Of a stretch of 64,000 bases of DNA, positions 1 through 12,858 are shown one piece after another (position 1 is the stretch's first letter; every line of letters starts with the position of its first letter). The notes under the pieces were generated by a model. It was not told where the DNA came from. It searched no databases and saw only the letters and a list, made by a program, of their open reading frames with translations. Location: positions 100,998,001 to 101,062,000 of the forward strand of contig OX597819.1 of assembly GCA_951406725.2 (NCBI GenBank), in the 5' to 3' direction. Position numbers and translations under genes: made by a program. The stretch is from Octopus vulgaris (taxonomy: Eukaryota).

Positions 1-12
1 GCAAAATGTTGT

Positions 13-15
<3 letters not shown>

Positions 16-54
<39 letters not shown>

Positions 55-55
55 T

Positions 56-132
<77 letters not shown>
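16..132. repeat. Compound (TA)n/(GATA)n microsatellite
   Basis: Direct reading; representative of dozens of (TA)n, (CA)n, (GA)n and (GATA)n tracts in the window. Confidence 0.95.
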
Positions 133-134
<2 letters not shown>

Positions 135-1641
135 TGTATGCATGCGTACGTAAATACAAACATACACACATACTTATATGCATGCATTCAAACGTGCGTA
201 CATACATAGATGCATACATCCATACATACATGTATGCATAGATATAAAGCGGTTTCTCTGTCATTGTATTGTATCCAGTTATAGAGTGACGGTTCGGCTC
301 CGAAGTCTGATTTATATATCTCTAATTAATTCCTGTGACTACCGATAACAGTGAGGAATAATTAAAACAAATTAATCGAAATGGAACTATGAACATTTTG
401 AGATATGTGTTAAGTAGGACGGAGAAACAAGAGTATACAGCCGTTATATGATATGGGTATAAGAAAGAACTGGAGAAAAGAAAAATTAAGCCCGTAACTG
501 GGTAATTAACTATTTAGTAAAAAACTAATGATGATTATATTGCTAAAGGAACGAAAAGCGAAAGTTCATTTCATTTGTACAAGGTGAAAGAGACTGGGTA
601 AATCTCTGATATTATAGAGATAATTCAAAATGTATTACAAGAGATGTAAACAATGTAAAGAATAAACAGAATTCAGAGAAACAAAAGAATTAATAAATAT
701 ATGCACGAAATATAGAAAAAGTCGTATAAATGAGCGAACAATGATCATGTGTGTGTGCGTTTGTATGTATACATGTATGCTTGTATGTGTGTACGTTTAC
801 ACACACACACACATACATATATATATGTATATATATATATGTGTGTGTAGATAGATATAGATAGATAGATAGATATATAAGTACATACATACATACATAC
901 ATACATGTATGCACGTATTGGAAAGAGAAACAGACAATATTGACAATGAATCGAAATTTCACAGTATATTATTTCAATTAAGTTTCGCATTAATTGTAAA
1001 AACCGCTTATCACTTGACATCATAAGCGCCATGTCTTCTCTCCTTTTTTCCTAATTATGAACAAAATGTCTACTTCCTATATCGTACAATTCCACGGAAA
1101 TTTAGAAGTATTTAACTTTATATAATAACATTTATCAACAACGTTCGTTTTATCGTTGGTATTTCCTTTATGACTAGTTTTTATTAAGATCTATTTTATT
1201 GCAAAGCTAAACACTTTGATCATTGATAAACTGTGACGATGACGGTAATGATGATGATGATGATGATGATGAGGATGATGATGATGATGATTATGATAGC
1301 CGTAATGATGATGATGATTGTGATGATAATAAGGGTGATTCAGCCAATAATATTGACGTATGCTTTTGAGCAATATTTGTATCTGTTATCTAGATTAGTG
1401 TAATCTGTGTGTAAGAATGTGTGCGTGTGTGTTTGGGGATACGTGAGTGTGTGTATTGGGTGGGGATGTTATGTATGTGTTTATCAGAGTGAGTGTAGAT
1501 GTACAACTTTAAAGTGATAAATAAGAATGGTATGTAGGCTAAGAAATGCGAGTGCGTGTATGAGTGTGAGAGTGTAAGTGCGTATATATAGGTACACTCG
1601 CATATACACATACGTATCCGTATATATATATATATATGAAC

Positions 1642-1673
<32 letters not shown>

Positions 1674-1714
1674 ATTTATGTATCTCTATCTCTTTCTCTC
1701 TCTCCCTCTCTATA

Positions 1715-1790
<76 letters not shown>

Positions 1791-2321
1791 GTATGTATAT
1801 ATATACACACATATACATGGATACATATATGTATATGTGTGCGTGTGTGTGTGTATTGATTTCTGTGTGTTTGCGAGTGTGTATTTCACTAAATACACGA
1901 ATATGTTCAAGTTTGATTTCATCTTTTTTACGTTACTTTTTTGATGTTACTTTTTACTTTTGTTTAACTGCTTGTTTAGGACAATAAAATACCTAAGTTC
2001 CTACACGATGGCCCTTGAACTTCACGAACCCATTCTATTTTGTTTTGCTTTTGTTTTGCTATTTATACTTGTGTAGACTTTCCAGCCGTACTTTTCTTCT
2101 ATAATCTTTGCTATAAAACTGAATCATACAAAATTCAAGAATCAAACCGTTACATTGCTGAGACTAGTATAACAGTCCCACGTAAGACAAGCCTGCATTT
2201 GTAAGACACACCATAAAACAAAGTTGCAATAACACTAGTGGCGAATGCTAACATATTCCACACAAAAGCAGAATATCAATTCCGGAAAACTGGCATAATC
2301 ACGGACTCCAGGGAAAATGTC

Positions 2322-2490
2322 AAGCGGTGGTTTGTCCGTCTTTATGTTCTGACTTCAAACCCCACCCGAGGTCGACTTTGATTTTCCTCATCCTTCCTGG
2401 GTCAATGAAATAAATATCAGTAGTGAACTGGTGTCGACGCAATCGACTTACTTCCTCCCTAAATATTTCAGGGTTAATTATCGAAAGCGT
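2322..2490 (+). mobile_element. Decayed SINE family B copy
   Basis: ccgaggtcgactttgattttcctcatccttcctgggtcaatgaaa matches the family B core at 10868. Confidence 0.6.
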
Positions 2491-2917
2491 ACTCTTATGG
2501 AAAAGTAAAACAGACATGAGCACAAACTACCGAAAATCACCACGTAGCTACTGATATGATAAAATAATTAAGAAATAGGGATTAAATTTTAACAAATCTG
2601 AGGTGAGTGTTCATGTAAAAGAGTGACGGAAAAAAAGCTTTTGGTGGCACAACATGCAGGAATTCACCACAGACGGCAGCCGTGTCAAATTTTTGAAAAT
2701 TAGACGTGTAAGTTCTAGAAACGTTAAATATAGGACAATATGGTTTTAAACCAACTGTAAAAAAATGAAAAGAAAAAACAAAACTCCAGTAAAATGATAA
2801 AACCTGGATGTAATAGTTCATTTAACGAATGAACAGGCAAAAAGAAATGTTGAGGAGTGAGAGATGCGATTCATTTAAATACATCCCTGACGCTTCTATC
2901 ACATATATGAATATATG

Positions 2918-2962
<45 letters not shown>

Positions 2963-3046
2963 GTATATGAGTATGTGCGTATGTGTGTATGTATGTATAT
3001 AAGCAAATGTGATTATATATATAAATATATATAATGTGTCTGCTAC

Positions 3047-3091
3047 TCTAGGCCGATGAAGGACAACGATCCTGAAACACGCGTCCCTAGA
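3047..3091 (+). ncRNA. Minimal type I hammerhead ribozyme motif (U4C core)
   Basis: tctagg-CCGATGA-agga caacga tcct-GAAA-cacgcg-TC-cctaga: 6-bp stem I, 4-bp stem II, GUC site. Confidence 0.75.
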
Positions 3092-3341
3092 TGCAGCTTC
3101 GGCAGCCGGGGGTGTTTGTCTCCCCTTCGTAAATGTATATAAGGACACAGGGAAAAATGTGTCAAAGCCATCAGGAGGCGTTCGATGCTTCCTAGGGCTA
3201 TACAGCGGTGGTGTACCCCCTACTGTCACGTTCTTGTTAGATTGACAGTATACAACCATTCTATATATATATGTATATATATATGTGTGTATATATAGAG
3301 AGAGACAGACAGACAGACAGACAGAAAGAGAAAGAGAGGTA

Positions 3342-3690
3342 GGCGTGGATGGGTGATAACAACCTTGCTTCCCTACCACATGTGCAGTCCCACTACATAG
3401 CACCTTGGGATGCTGTCGTTTGTGCGGATTTGGTAGACGGAAACTAAAAGAAGCCCACCGTGTATATATGTGTGTGTGTTTGTGTGTATGTGCGTGTGTG
3501 TTTTTGTCCCACAATCACTACTTGACAACTAGTGTCGGTGTTTTTACCTCTGCAAATTAGAGGATCGGCAAAAGATACAGATAGAATAAGCAGTAAGCTT
3601 TTAACAAATATCCTAGGGTCGATTTGTTCGGTTAAAACCATCATAAGGCGGTACTCAAGTATGGCGACGAGGAAATGAATGAAACGAGAT
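3342..3690 (+). mobile_element. Diverged SINE family A copy
   Basis: ggatttggtagacggaaactaaaagaagccc, internal (TG)n, and 3' half gatagaataagcagtaagc...gggtcgatttg match the 21350 copy. Confidence 0.8.
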
Positions 3691-3869
3691 GATAAAACAA
3701 TGCAAGAATATGTACGTATGTATGTATGATGTATGTATGTATGTATTTATATATATATACATATATACCTATATATATATACATATATATATATACGTTT
3801 ATATATATACATATACATATATACATATACATATACATATATATACGTCTATATATATACATATACATA

Positions 3870-3917
<48 letters not shown>

Positions 3918-4110
3918 TTTATATACACACACACACATATATATATATACATACACGAATACGCATGCATTCATGCATTTATGTATGTATGTGTGTGTAT
4001 ATATATCTATATATACTTATATATTTATGTATACATATACATATATATATATATATATATATAAATATATATATACATTAATATATATACATGTAATGTG
4101 TATATGTATG

Positions 4111-4155
<45 letters not shown>

Positions 4156-4871
4156 TATATAGCTATCTAACTATAAACCCGCGCATAAACACACAGCAAA
4201 GAGGAAGAACATAAATTACTAGTAGAAAAAAATAACTTTAATCCAGCGTTATCCTTTCCTAGTTACTGTTCTTAAACGCCCTTTCCCTCAGCCCACACCC
4301 ATCACACGCACACATTAACACAAACTCACTCAAATACATACACATACTTAATATACTAATATGTAAACATACTTTTATGTTTACACATACATATGGTATT
4401 TTGAGCAAAGCACGGAATGAAATTAAAAGGTTTTGACTTAGGTCAAAGTTGAGATTATATTCAAATAACCGAATTGCCTATCTGATAAATAATCTGGAAA
4501 AAGTTCAAACAATTCTGGGATATCATGACATATAATAAACCCTTTTTTTTTATCCTTTTCGTGGCCAGCAAAAGGTCAAATAATCGTAAAAAATATAGGG
4601 AAAGATAATAGTGGATGAGAGTGAGTGACTGACAATCAGCCCGTCAGACACAGAGATAAATAAATCTTGGGAGAGATAAATAAATGGACACAGACACACA
4701 GACACACACACATATACACACACGCAAGCACACATAAGCACACACACATACATACACATACAGGCACACACATATTTATATAGATATATATACACATATC
4801 TACACATATATATATATACACATATATGCACATACAGGCACACTCACATGTATATACATACACGCACACAT

Positions 4872-4965
<94 letters not shown>

Positions 4966-5880
4966 TTTTTTTTTCACTTTATCAGTTTCAGCTGGAAGCT
5001 GTGGCCGTGCTGGGGTAACCAGCTTTTTTTACACTGTTAATATTGAGAGCCTGATACGTGGCATTTGGTGAGTAAGGGACTTTGACGTTGCTACCCTCAT
5101 TTGCGCCTCCTGCTGAGAGGTAGATTCATCTGAGACTCTAGACAGAAAGAGATCCAGTTTTGATTTGAAAACATCTACATCCACTCAGGCTCTTTGGGCC
5201 GCTGAAACCCGTTCACTTGCAGTAACTAGTCCTGAAGCGCAACGGCATTGCTGGGATTTTTGGCACTGTGCAGTGTCGACCTGTCCTTGAATCTGTGTAG
5301 CTTTCTATGACAAAATTTGGCACAATATCTTCCAGGACCTTTCGGATGTATATTATTGCATATCTCTCTCGTCTTCCCTCCAGGAAGTAGAGTATTAGCT
5401 GTTTCAACCTTTCCCAGTAGCTGAGCTGTTGCAATGAAACGGTCTTCTTTGTGAAGATTCGCTGAATTGCTTCAAGGTCCGCTGTAAATTTTACATTGTG
5501 GGGTGACCATAGCTGGGAGCAGTAGTCTAAGCGGCTGACGGCGAATGTCCTCCAGTGGATCATCATGGTTCTGAAGGTTCTCAGGACCCAACCAACCAGC
5601 TGTCTGTATTTTGACACCATCTTAGTAATGTGCACTTGGAAAGTGGTGCCATCATACATGTCGATCCTCAGGTCCCACATTGATTTAGATTCTGGGATTG
5701 TAATCCCCCGTGGGCCAGAGTATCCTGTAAGTTCTACGTTCAATTTTGGTTGCTGGTAGCGCAGGGCTTCGAACTTTCCAACATTAAACTGCATATTATT
5801 ATCCTCAGCCCATCTGTAAATTCAGTCCAACTCCAGCTGCAGTAACGCAACGCCGGTAGGGTTTTGTATTTCTGCGAAAC
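4966..5880 (-). pseudogene. 5'-truncated CR1-group LINE: RT thumb/C-terminus plus 3' tail
   Basis: ORF 5213-5794 (MQFNVGKF...RLDYCSQLWSP...LEAIQR...LSYWERLKQL...RRER), then FKSKLDLFLSRV in another frame and a short 3' UTR ending in an A-run. Confidence 0.85.
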
Positions 5881-5978
5881 TACATAAACTACATATGTAT
5901 ACACGAACAAATCGATCCTTTCAAATTACGTTAAATATGATACTTATTCCATCATACTCTTTTTACCGAGCTGCTAGG

Positions 5979-6255
5979 TTAGACAGAAAAGGGAAAAGTA
6001 AACTAAAACAAGACGTAAACACACCTGACTGTAAAAGGAGACAAAAACACGATAGAAGCATCATACCCAGCCGATTGTTTCCTCCTTTGGTTTCCGGGAC
6101 CTCTTAGTGGTTCCTCGCCTTAACCACTAAGGTGTCTCGGTAAACAACTGATGAGAAAAGCGGCTGTGGATTTTGCTTGTATTGTGTTTTCGTCTCCTTT
6201 TTCCGTCCGGCATGTTTTCGACCAGTTTTCGTCTACTTCTCCCTTTTCTGTCTAA
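5979..6255. repeat. Imperfect fold-back, 134-bp arms with 9-nt loop
   Basis: Arms 5979-6112 and 6122-6255 align ungapped as reverse complements; apex cttagtggtt-cctcgcctt-aaccactaag. Confidence 0.9.
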
Positions 6256-6261
6256 ACTTTG

Positions 6262-6292
<31 letters not shown>

Positions 6293-7764
6293 ATTCCTGG
6301 GAGACATTTGCTGTATCTGCTCTCGATTTGAGACTGAAATGATCTTAGCGCTTTCTGCCAATGATGCACATTCAAGCAATACTCAGCAGCCTTAATCTCG
6401 TAAAGATTATGGCGTCCATTTAGGTCATGCACAGCTACAGTTTTTTTCCTTTTTAGTGTATATTCTTCCAATGCAGGCTCCCATGCATCTCCTGAAAAAA
6501 ACCTAACTGTTTAGTTATTTTTGTTGTGATGGTTCTCTTTCTCCCCCTCTCTTCACACATCTTTTTTTTCTGTTTTTCGCCGCACATACATCCACACACA
6601 AAACACAAACGCAAAGATGCATTCGTAAATATGTACACACCACCTGCCATTTATTCAATCAAAGCTTCGAAATCTGTACACCTGTGCGGCTACAGCAAGA
6701 TGCAGTTGGTCAGGCCAGGTAAGACCTCACAAGATAAATAGAACTGACGATGCAAAATCACTATATAAGCAACATTCGCAGTTTAGCTATGACCATCCGG
6801 ATCTTAGGCACACCAAAAAATACATCATCCAACTTGCCCTTGTTGAAGATAGGATACCTCGTAGATTAATTCATATTGTAGAACAATATGGCAACTGGTA
6901 GTCTACAAAATCCCGTTCGTTATAAAACAACATTGAATTTTAAAAGAGAAAACACGAAAGAAAGAGAAATATGGTAGTTGATAAATAATTATGAGACATA
7001 AAAGTAAATAAAGAAAGTTACATTCCTAAATAACCGATAGAAGAAAAACGGAGAAACCAACCGGCTCTTTATCATCTTTTTCTGTGAACCCACCCAGCTC
7101 ACTGGTTTAGCTATAATTTTACTTTATGTCCGTTCAGTCAGTCATTCACCAGCTTTTGTAAACGATACCTTTTATTTTGATATTCAGCAATAACAAAATA
7201 CCGCCACCCGCCTTTTAATCACTTTCTCCTGTCTTTTATTTATTAGCTGGTCATTCGGATGTGTGAGTCTACGAGTGTATATATACAAACAGGCTCACAC
7301 ACACATACACAATTTCTCTCTCACTCTCTCCCTCTCTCTCTCTCTCTATCTACCTATCAATCTATTTATATCTCTCTCTCATTCACACACAGTCTCGTAC
7401 ACACATACACACTGACACAGAGATATACACACACATTCTGAGGAATGATGGGGTCACAGTCCTTAGTATTTGTAAATTTTGGCAAAGTGGGATTGGACAT
7501 TTATTAGGTTTTGCATCCCTATCATATCATTCGCACCTTTGTCATCATGGTTTCCTATTTCATACAGGAAGCAACGCTTGTTATACATGTTATTGTTGCT
7601 TCAATTCTTTCTAATGGATGGAGGGCGGTTAAGAAAATGACTCATAATGCTGTGTTTGATATCTGTAGCTTCTATAACTACCCTCCCTATTTCTTCGTTC
7701 TTTTGAAATCAAATAAACAACTATAAAATATAAATTCAAAGCAAAAGAAATACTACAAAATGTT

Positions 7765-8347
7765 ATTTCCTACTCTAAGAACAAGGACCGAAACTCTGGG
7801 GGAGGGGCCAGTCGATTGTATCAACCCCAGAACGCAACTGGTATTTAATTTATCGACCACCTAAAGGATGAAAGGCAAATTAGACCTCAGTGGAATTTGA
7901 ACTCAGAACTTAAAGAAAGACGAAATACCTATTTCTTTACTACCCACAAGGGGCTAATCATAGAGTGGACAAACAAGGAAAGACAAAGAGACTAGGTTAA
8001 TTACATCGACTTCAGTGCGTAACTGGTACTTAATTTATCGACCCCGAAAGGATGAAAGGCAAAGTCGACCTCGGCGGAATTTGAACTCACAACGTAACGG
8101 CTGACGAAATACATATTTCTTTACGACCCCCAAGGGGCTAAATACAGAGAGGGGACAAACAAGGACAGACAAACGGATTAAGTCGATTACATCGACCCCA
8201 GTGCGTAACTGGTACTTCATTTATCGACCCCGAAAGGATGAAAGCCAAAGTCGACCTCGGCGGAATTTGAACTCGGAACGTAGCGGCAGACGAAATACCG
8301 CTAAGCATTTCGCCCGGCGTGCTAACGTTTCTGCCAGCTCGCCGCCT
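7765..8347 (-). mobile_element. SINE family B with three tandem internal units
   Basis: tRNA-like head ggcggcgagctggcagaaacgttagc...gagttcaaattcc at the 8347 end; core gtcgactttgcctttcatcctttcggggtcgataaa occurs three times. Confidence 0.9.
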
Positions 8348-8439
8348 TGAGAAAAAATGCTAAAATTATATCACTGATGATACCGACGATAATAGGACTG
8401 ATCATATATTCTGAGCACACATATTAAAGACGGAATTCG

Positions 8440-8960
8440 AACGCCCTTTAGCGATTTATTGAAGGTTTTACAAAATATCTAAGACTAGTCTGGCACACAC
8501 GGTGAATTGTATCGATACGTGTTATGTATTCAGCGTGACGTGTAATGGATATTTGAAAAGAAAAGAAAGAAAAACAATGTTGATTGGTTGTCCAATAAAT
8601 AGTCCTAACTTCTAGGCCATCTGCTGCATTCAATTATATTACCGACAAATGTGTAGAATTCGTCCAATTGTAAATATATTTTATGAATGCAAACCAATAC
8701 AGTCACATGTGCAAAGAACAAACATCGTCAAAATAAAGATTTTAAAAATATCAACGAAATAAAAGGTAACTCAGATTGAATTCTAATAACATTTTCTAAA
8801 AGTTCGTCTTAATTTTCAGTATTTCACTCTGCTACCAAAATGTGTGCCAATCTCCAATCACAGACGTCAAATGTTGATTAATGATGAAATTCCGCCATTA
8901 TAAACATTTTTATGTGTCTGTATTTTTTAATTGTTTAGTTCCGAAATTAAAATTTTCTTT
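8440..8960 (-). pseudogene. Possible ancient Polinton-type protein-primed DNA polymerase B remnant
   Basis: ITRIDTIHRVCQTSLRYF resembles the ID..TIAS.C...FR motif; similar to 39150-39640; very degenerate. Confidence 0.25.
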
Positions 8961-9388
8961 AAAAAGAAATAAATATGTTGGTATAAATTATAGAAAACTA
9001 AAAGTTCAAAAAATGCTGTGTCAAGTGTCATCTGATTCATCAGTAGAGAATGAGTTTAATCGAGTACGTAACACTTAAATTTTGGTTCAAAATCTGCCTG
9101 GAATGAGATAACACCATATCTTTTATTGCTTTACACGACATTCCGTCTCTTCATGGATTGTTTCAAGCGATTTTTATCACACATACTGTGCTTCAATGTA
9201 CCATTGTCTGCTATAGATAATTTCGGGTAACTTTCGAATACTACAGACTTGGAATCTTTTCATCTCTATACCTGTATATCTGCCACAAAATTCAATTTAT
9301 ATATCGTTACACTTATAATTAATGTGTGAGTGTGTGTGCGTGTGTGCGTGCGTGTGCATGTATGTCTATTTGATCGTTCAACATTTAC

Positions 9389-9428
<40 letters not shown>

Positions 9429-9961
9429 GCAATACAAATGTATTACTTGCCAGTAAAATAAAGCACCGTAAAGGTAGAAGTATAAATATAGAGTAGTCGT
9501 ATAAAAAGGCACCAATATTAACTAGAAAAAGCAGTCGATACATTTACGACGCTATAGAAAAGGTTCACTGCGTATATACTGGCAAAGACGTATGAGTGCA
9601 ACAAAAATGAAAGGAAGTACATTAGATAAATGGGCAACCCAGAATCGGATAATCCAGTACCTAGGTTTCGGGCTCTTCAAATACGATTGTCAACGTAAAA
9701 TTGATTAGTCTTCATCAGTTGGATTTACCTGGACAATATTTCAAATGTTGCAACATCAATGACTGAGAACTGTGAAAAGTTTTCAATGAAAAATATGACA
9801 TTGCAATACAAATGTATTACTTTGCAGTAAAATAAATCCCCGTAAATGTTGAAGTATAAATATAGAGTAGTGGTACAACAATACACCAATATTAACTGGA
9901 AATAGCAGTCGATACTTTTACGACGCTATAGAAAAAAAGCTTCACTGGGTATATACTGGCA
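9429..9961 (-). mobile_element. Partial tandem (about 374-nt period) PLE pseudo-LTR or retrozyme-like unit
   Basis: Direct repeats of about 155 bp at 9429-9584 and 9803-9961 flank an HHR; abuts (TA)n. Confidence 0.7.
9651..9726 (-). ncRNA. Type I hammerhead ribozyme motif, partly decayed stems
   Basis: Minus strand aatccaa-CTGATGA-agactaatcaa...ttgaagagccc-GAAA-cctagg-TA-ctggatt; palindromic stem III ACCTAGGT. Confidence 0.7.
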
Positions 9962-10867
9962 CTACTCTCTCTCTCTCTCTCTCTCCGAACCGAGTAGCAA
10001 ACAGATTCAGCCTGGAGATCCCACTCATGTGAAACTCGAGTTACAGTACACATATTCATTTTCAAAATAAAGAATAAAACACGTAACCGTGTATGTGTGT
10101 GTGTGTGTTTGTATGTATCTCTGTGTGTTGTATGCATGTGTGTGAGCGTCTGGGTGCATGTGTGCCTGTTTGTTGGTAAAAATGATAAATATTACACGCA
10201 TACACCTGTACCTATTTCTGGGACCTCTTCATGCATTATTGAAAAAGCTCACATAAATTGAACCAATATTATAGGTTCATAGCATTATTCATTGTGTGCC
10301 ATTCTTGTTGGTGAACATCAAACAATATATATACATGTATGCACGCACACACGCGCGCGTGCGCACATACACACCACACATACACACACACACACAAATA
10401 TATACACACTTCTATATGCATGTATAAATCTACGAAAATATGCGTGTGTGTATGGTACTGTGAATGTTTTTCCAGTTTACCTACATGCAGTAGTGCAACC
10501 TCGGCATTTATCTCATTATTTACCTTACTTCAGTGAGAATACTAGCTGTGAGAGCACTCGTCGCTTCTGTCGATCTGCTTAGAATAGGCGCTAAACCACC
10601 ACCGTTAAAACCGTTAAAAAATATAGTAAGAGGGGTTTTATAATATTGTCTTTAATACGCTCCAAAAGACAAGATGTTCGCTTTTGGAATGCTTTCAACC
10701 AAATATTTGCTCTATCAGGGACACAAAGCACAAAAACTCTTTGCTCTTTTATACATACATATATACATACATGCACGTATATACATATATGTATGTCTGT
10801 ATAGAGAGATATTTGTTTAATTTGAGTATGTGTATATGAGTTTGCGTGTCGTGGCTATATGTATTTT

Positions 10868-11100
10868 GGCGGCGAGCTGGCAGAAACGTTAGCACGCCGG
10901 GCGAAATGCGCAGCCGTATTTCGTCTGTCGTTACGTTCCGAGTTCAAATTCCGCCGAGGTCGACTTTGCCTTTCATCCTTTCGGGGTCGATAAATAAAGC
11001 ACCAGTTACGCACTGGGGTCGATATAATAGACTTAATCCCTTTGTCTGTCTGTCCTTATTTGTCCCCTCTATGTTTGGCCCCTTGTGGGTAGTAAAGAAA
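10868..11100 (+). mobile_element. SINE family B, single unit
   Basis: Head with A/B-box-like motifs (tggcagaaacgtt, gagttcaaattcc) and conserved core. Confidence 0.9.
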
Positions 11101-11329
11101 TATATATGTATTTTAGTATATACCTCTGTGTATGTATATATGTGATAAGTACGTGTTGTGCTCCCTTTGTAAATCTAACGCGTGAGTATTTCTGTATGTC
11201 TCAATACTATTATGTAAGATGAAATGTTCCTATATTCATGTCTATTTGCAATTATAGGCCAGTGTTTATGTGTATATGCACCTGTGTTGATGCATGTGTA
11301 ATCGTATATTCTCAGTGAAATATCCTTTC

Positions 11330-11528
11330 TGCTATAAGGCACAAATTCTGATATTTTAGGAGAGAGAGACCTTGTCAATTGCATGGAGTCAATTGTTCTA
11401 ACGCTGCTTATTTCATTGGCTCCGAAGAATGAAAGGAGAAGACGACCACGGCGGGATTTGAACTCAGTACGTAAAGGTAGAGAAAAGCATTTTGTCCGGT
11501 TTGCTAATGATTCTACTTGCTCGCCGCC
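11330..11528 (-). mobile_element. Diverged SINE family B copy
   Basis: gacgaccacggcgggatttgaactcagtacg...ctcgccgcc is the reverse complement of the head. Confidence 0.7.
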
Positions 11529-11529
11529 A

Positions 11530-11937
11530 TGGCAGAATCGTTAGCAGGCCGGGCGAAATGCTTTAACGGTATTTCGTCTGCGTTACGTTGTGAGTTCAAA
11601 TTCCGCCGAGGTCGACTTTGCCTTTCATCCTTTCGGGATCGATAAATTAAGTACCAGTTACGCACTGGGGTCGATGTAATCGACTTAATACCTATGTCTG
11701 TCCTTGTTTGTCCCCTCTGTGTTTAGCCCCTTGTGGGTAATAAAGAAATAGGTATTTCATCTGCCGTTATGTTCTGAGTTCAAATTCCACCGAGGTCGAC
11801 TTTGCCATTCATCCTTTCCGGGTCGATAAATTAAGTACCAGTTACACACTGGTGTCGATTTAATCGACTTAATCCGTTTATATGTCCTTGTTTGTCCTCT
11901 CTGTGTTTAGTCCCTTGTGGGTAGTAAATAAATAGGT
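11530..11937 (+). mobile_element. SINE family B with two tandem units
   Basis: Core repeated at about 11610 and 11790. Confidence 0.9.
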
Positions 11938-12498
11938 ATGTTTGTGGCTTCAAAAGTGCCTGTGCGTGTGGGTAGGATAGTACTTATATGTGTTTGTCTT
12001 GGAGAGTGCATGTTTGTTATTGCATGTATTCGAGTGTGTGTGTGTGTCAGAGAAAAAGAGAAAGAGTAAGAGAGACATTATGACTGTGATAGAGTGGTTA
12101 AATGTGAATATTTGTATGTATGCTTCTAAATATCAATACAATGTGTGTATGTGTGCGCTCTGAGTGAATAAGAGTATATGTGTTTGCGTGAGAGATAGGG
12201 CGATAGATTGGATAGATAGATAGATAGATAGACAGACAGAGAGAAAGAGAGAGAGAGAGAGATAGAGTGTGTGTGTGTATGTGTGTGCGTGTGTGTGCGC
12301 ATGTGTGCGTCTGTGTGTTTGTGATAATTGGTTCCGCTCCCTAATTTATATTCAATAACACTGACATCTGTGAAATAAGTTGAGAAAAAGGAAATGGGGA
12401 AACGGGCGAAGAAATACAATGACAGAGTTCCAAGCACAAGACAAAAGCGAAATAATATATGTTCAGTGCTTCCATCTTCTCTTTGTCTGTCTGTGTGT

Positions 12499-12570
<72 letters not shown>

Positions 12571-12858
12571 ATCTGTCTATGTATCTTACGCTCGCTCATT
12601 GTCTCTCAAACTCTCTGTCTATCACTCAGTAACTCACACTCACCACTTTCCCATTTTTATTTTCATAACATATTTTTCGCAAACACACACACTCCGTCCT
12701 CTCGATATATATTAAAGTGTATTTATATTTGTATGCATATATACATACAAATATAGATACAGTCGTAGGTACTTACATACCTGCATACATGCATATAAAC
12801 TTCGTTAAACCAAAAAGCATAAACCGAAGAACAAAAAATTTTTGAATATATATATATT

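Noticed and set aside
6140-6200. CTGATGA at about 6148, and similar ctgaaga at 46210 and ctggaga at 60796
   Set aside because: No correctly placed stem II-GAAA-UH could be built; a type II topology at 60763-60812 was tried but the stems do not pair convincingly.
9985-10048. gaaactcgagtt with palindromic ACTCGAGT
   Set aside because: Looks like the 3' half of an HHR, but there is no credible CUGANGA or stem I.
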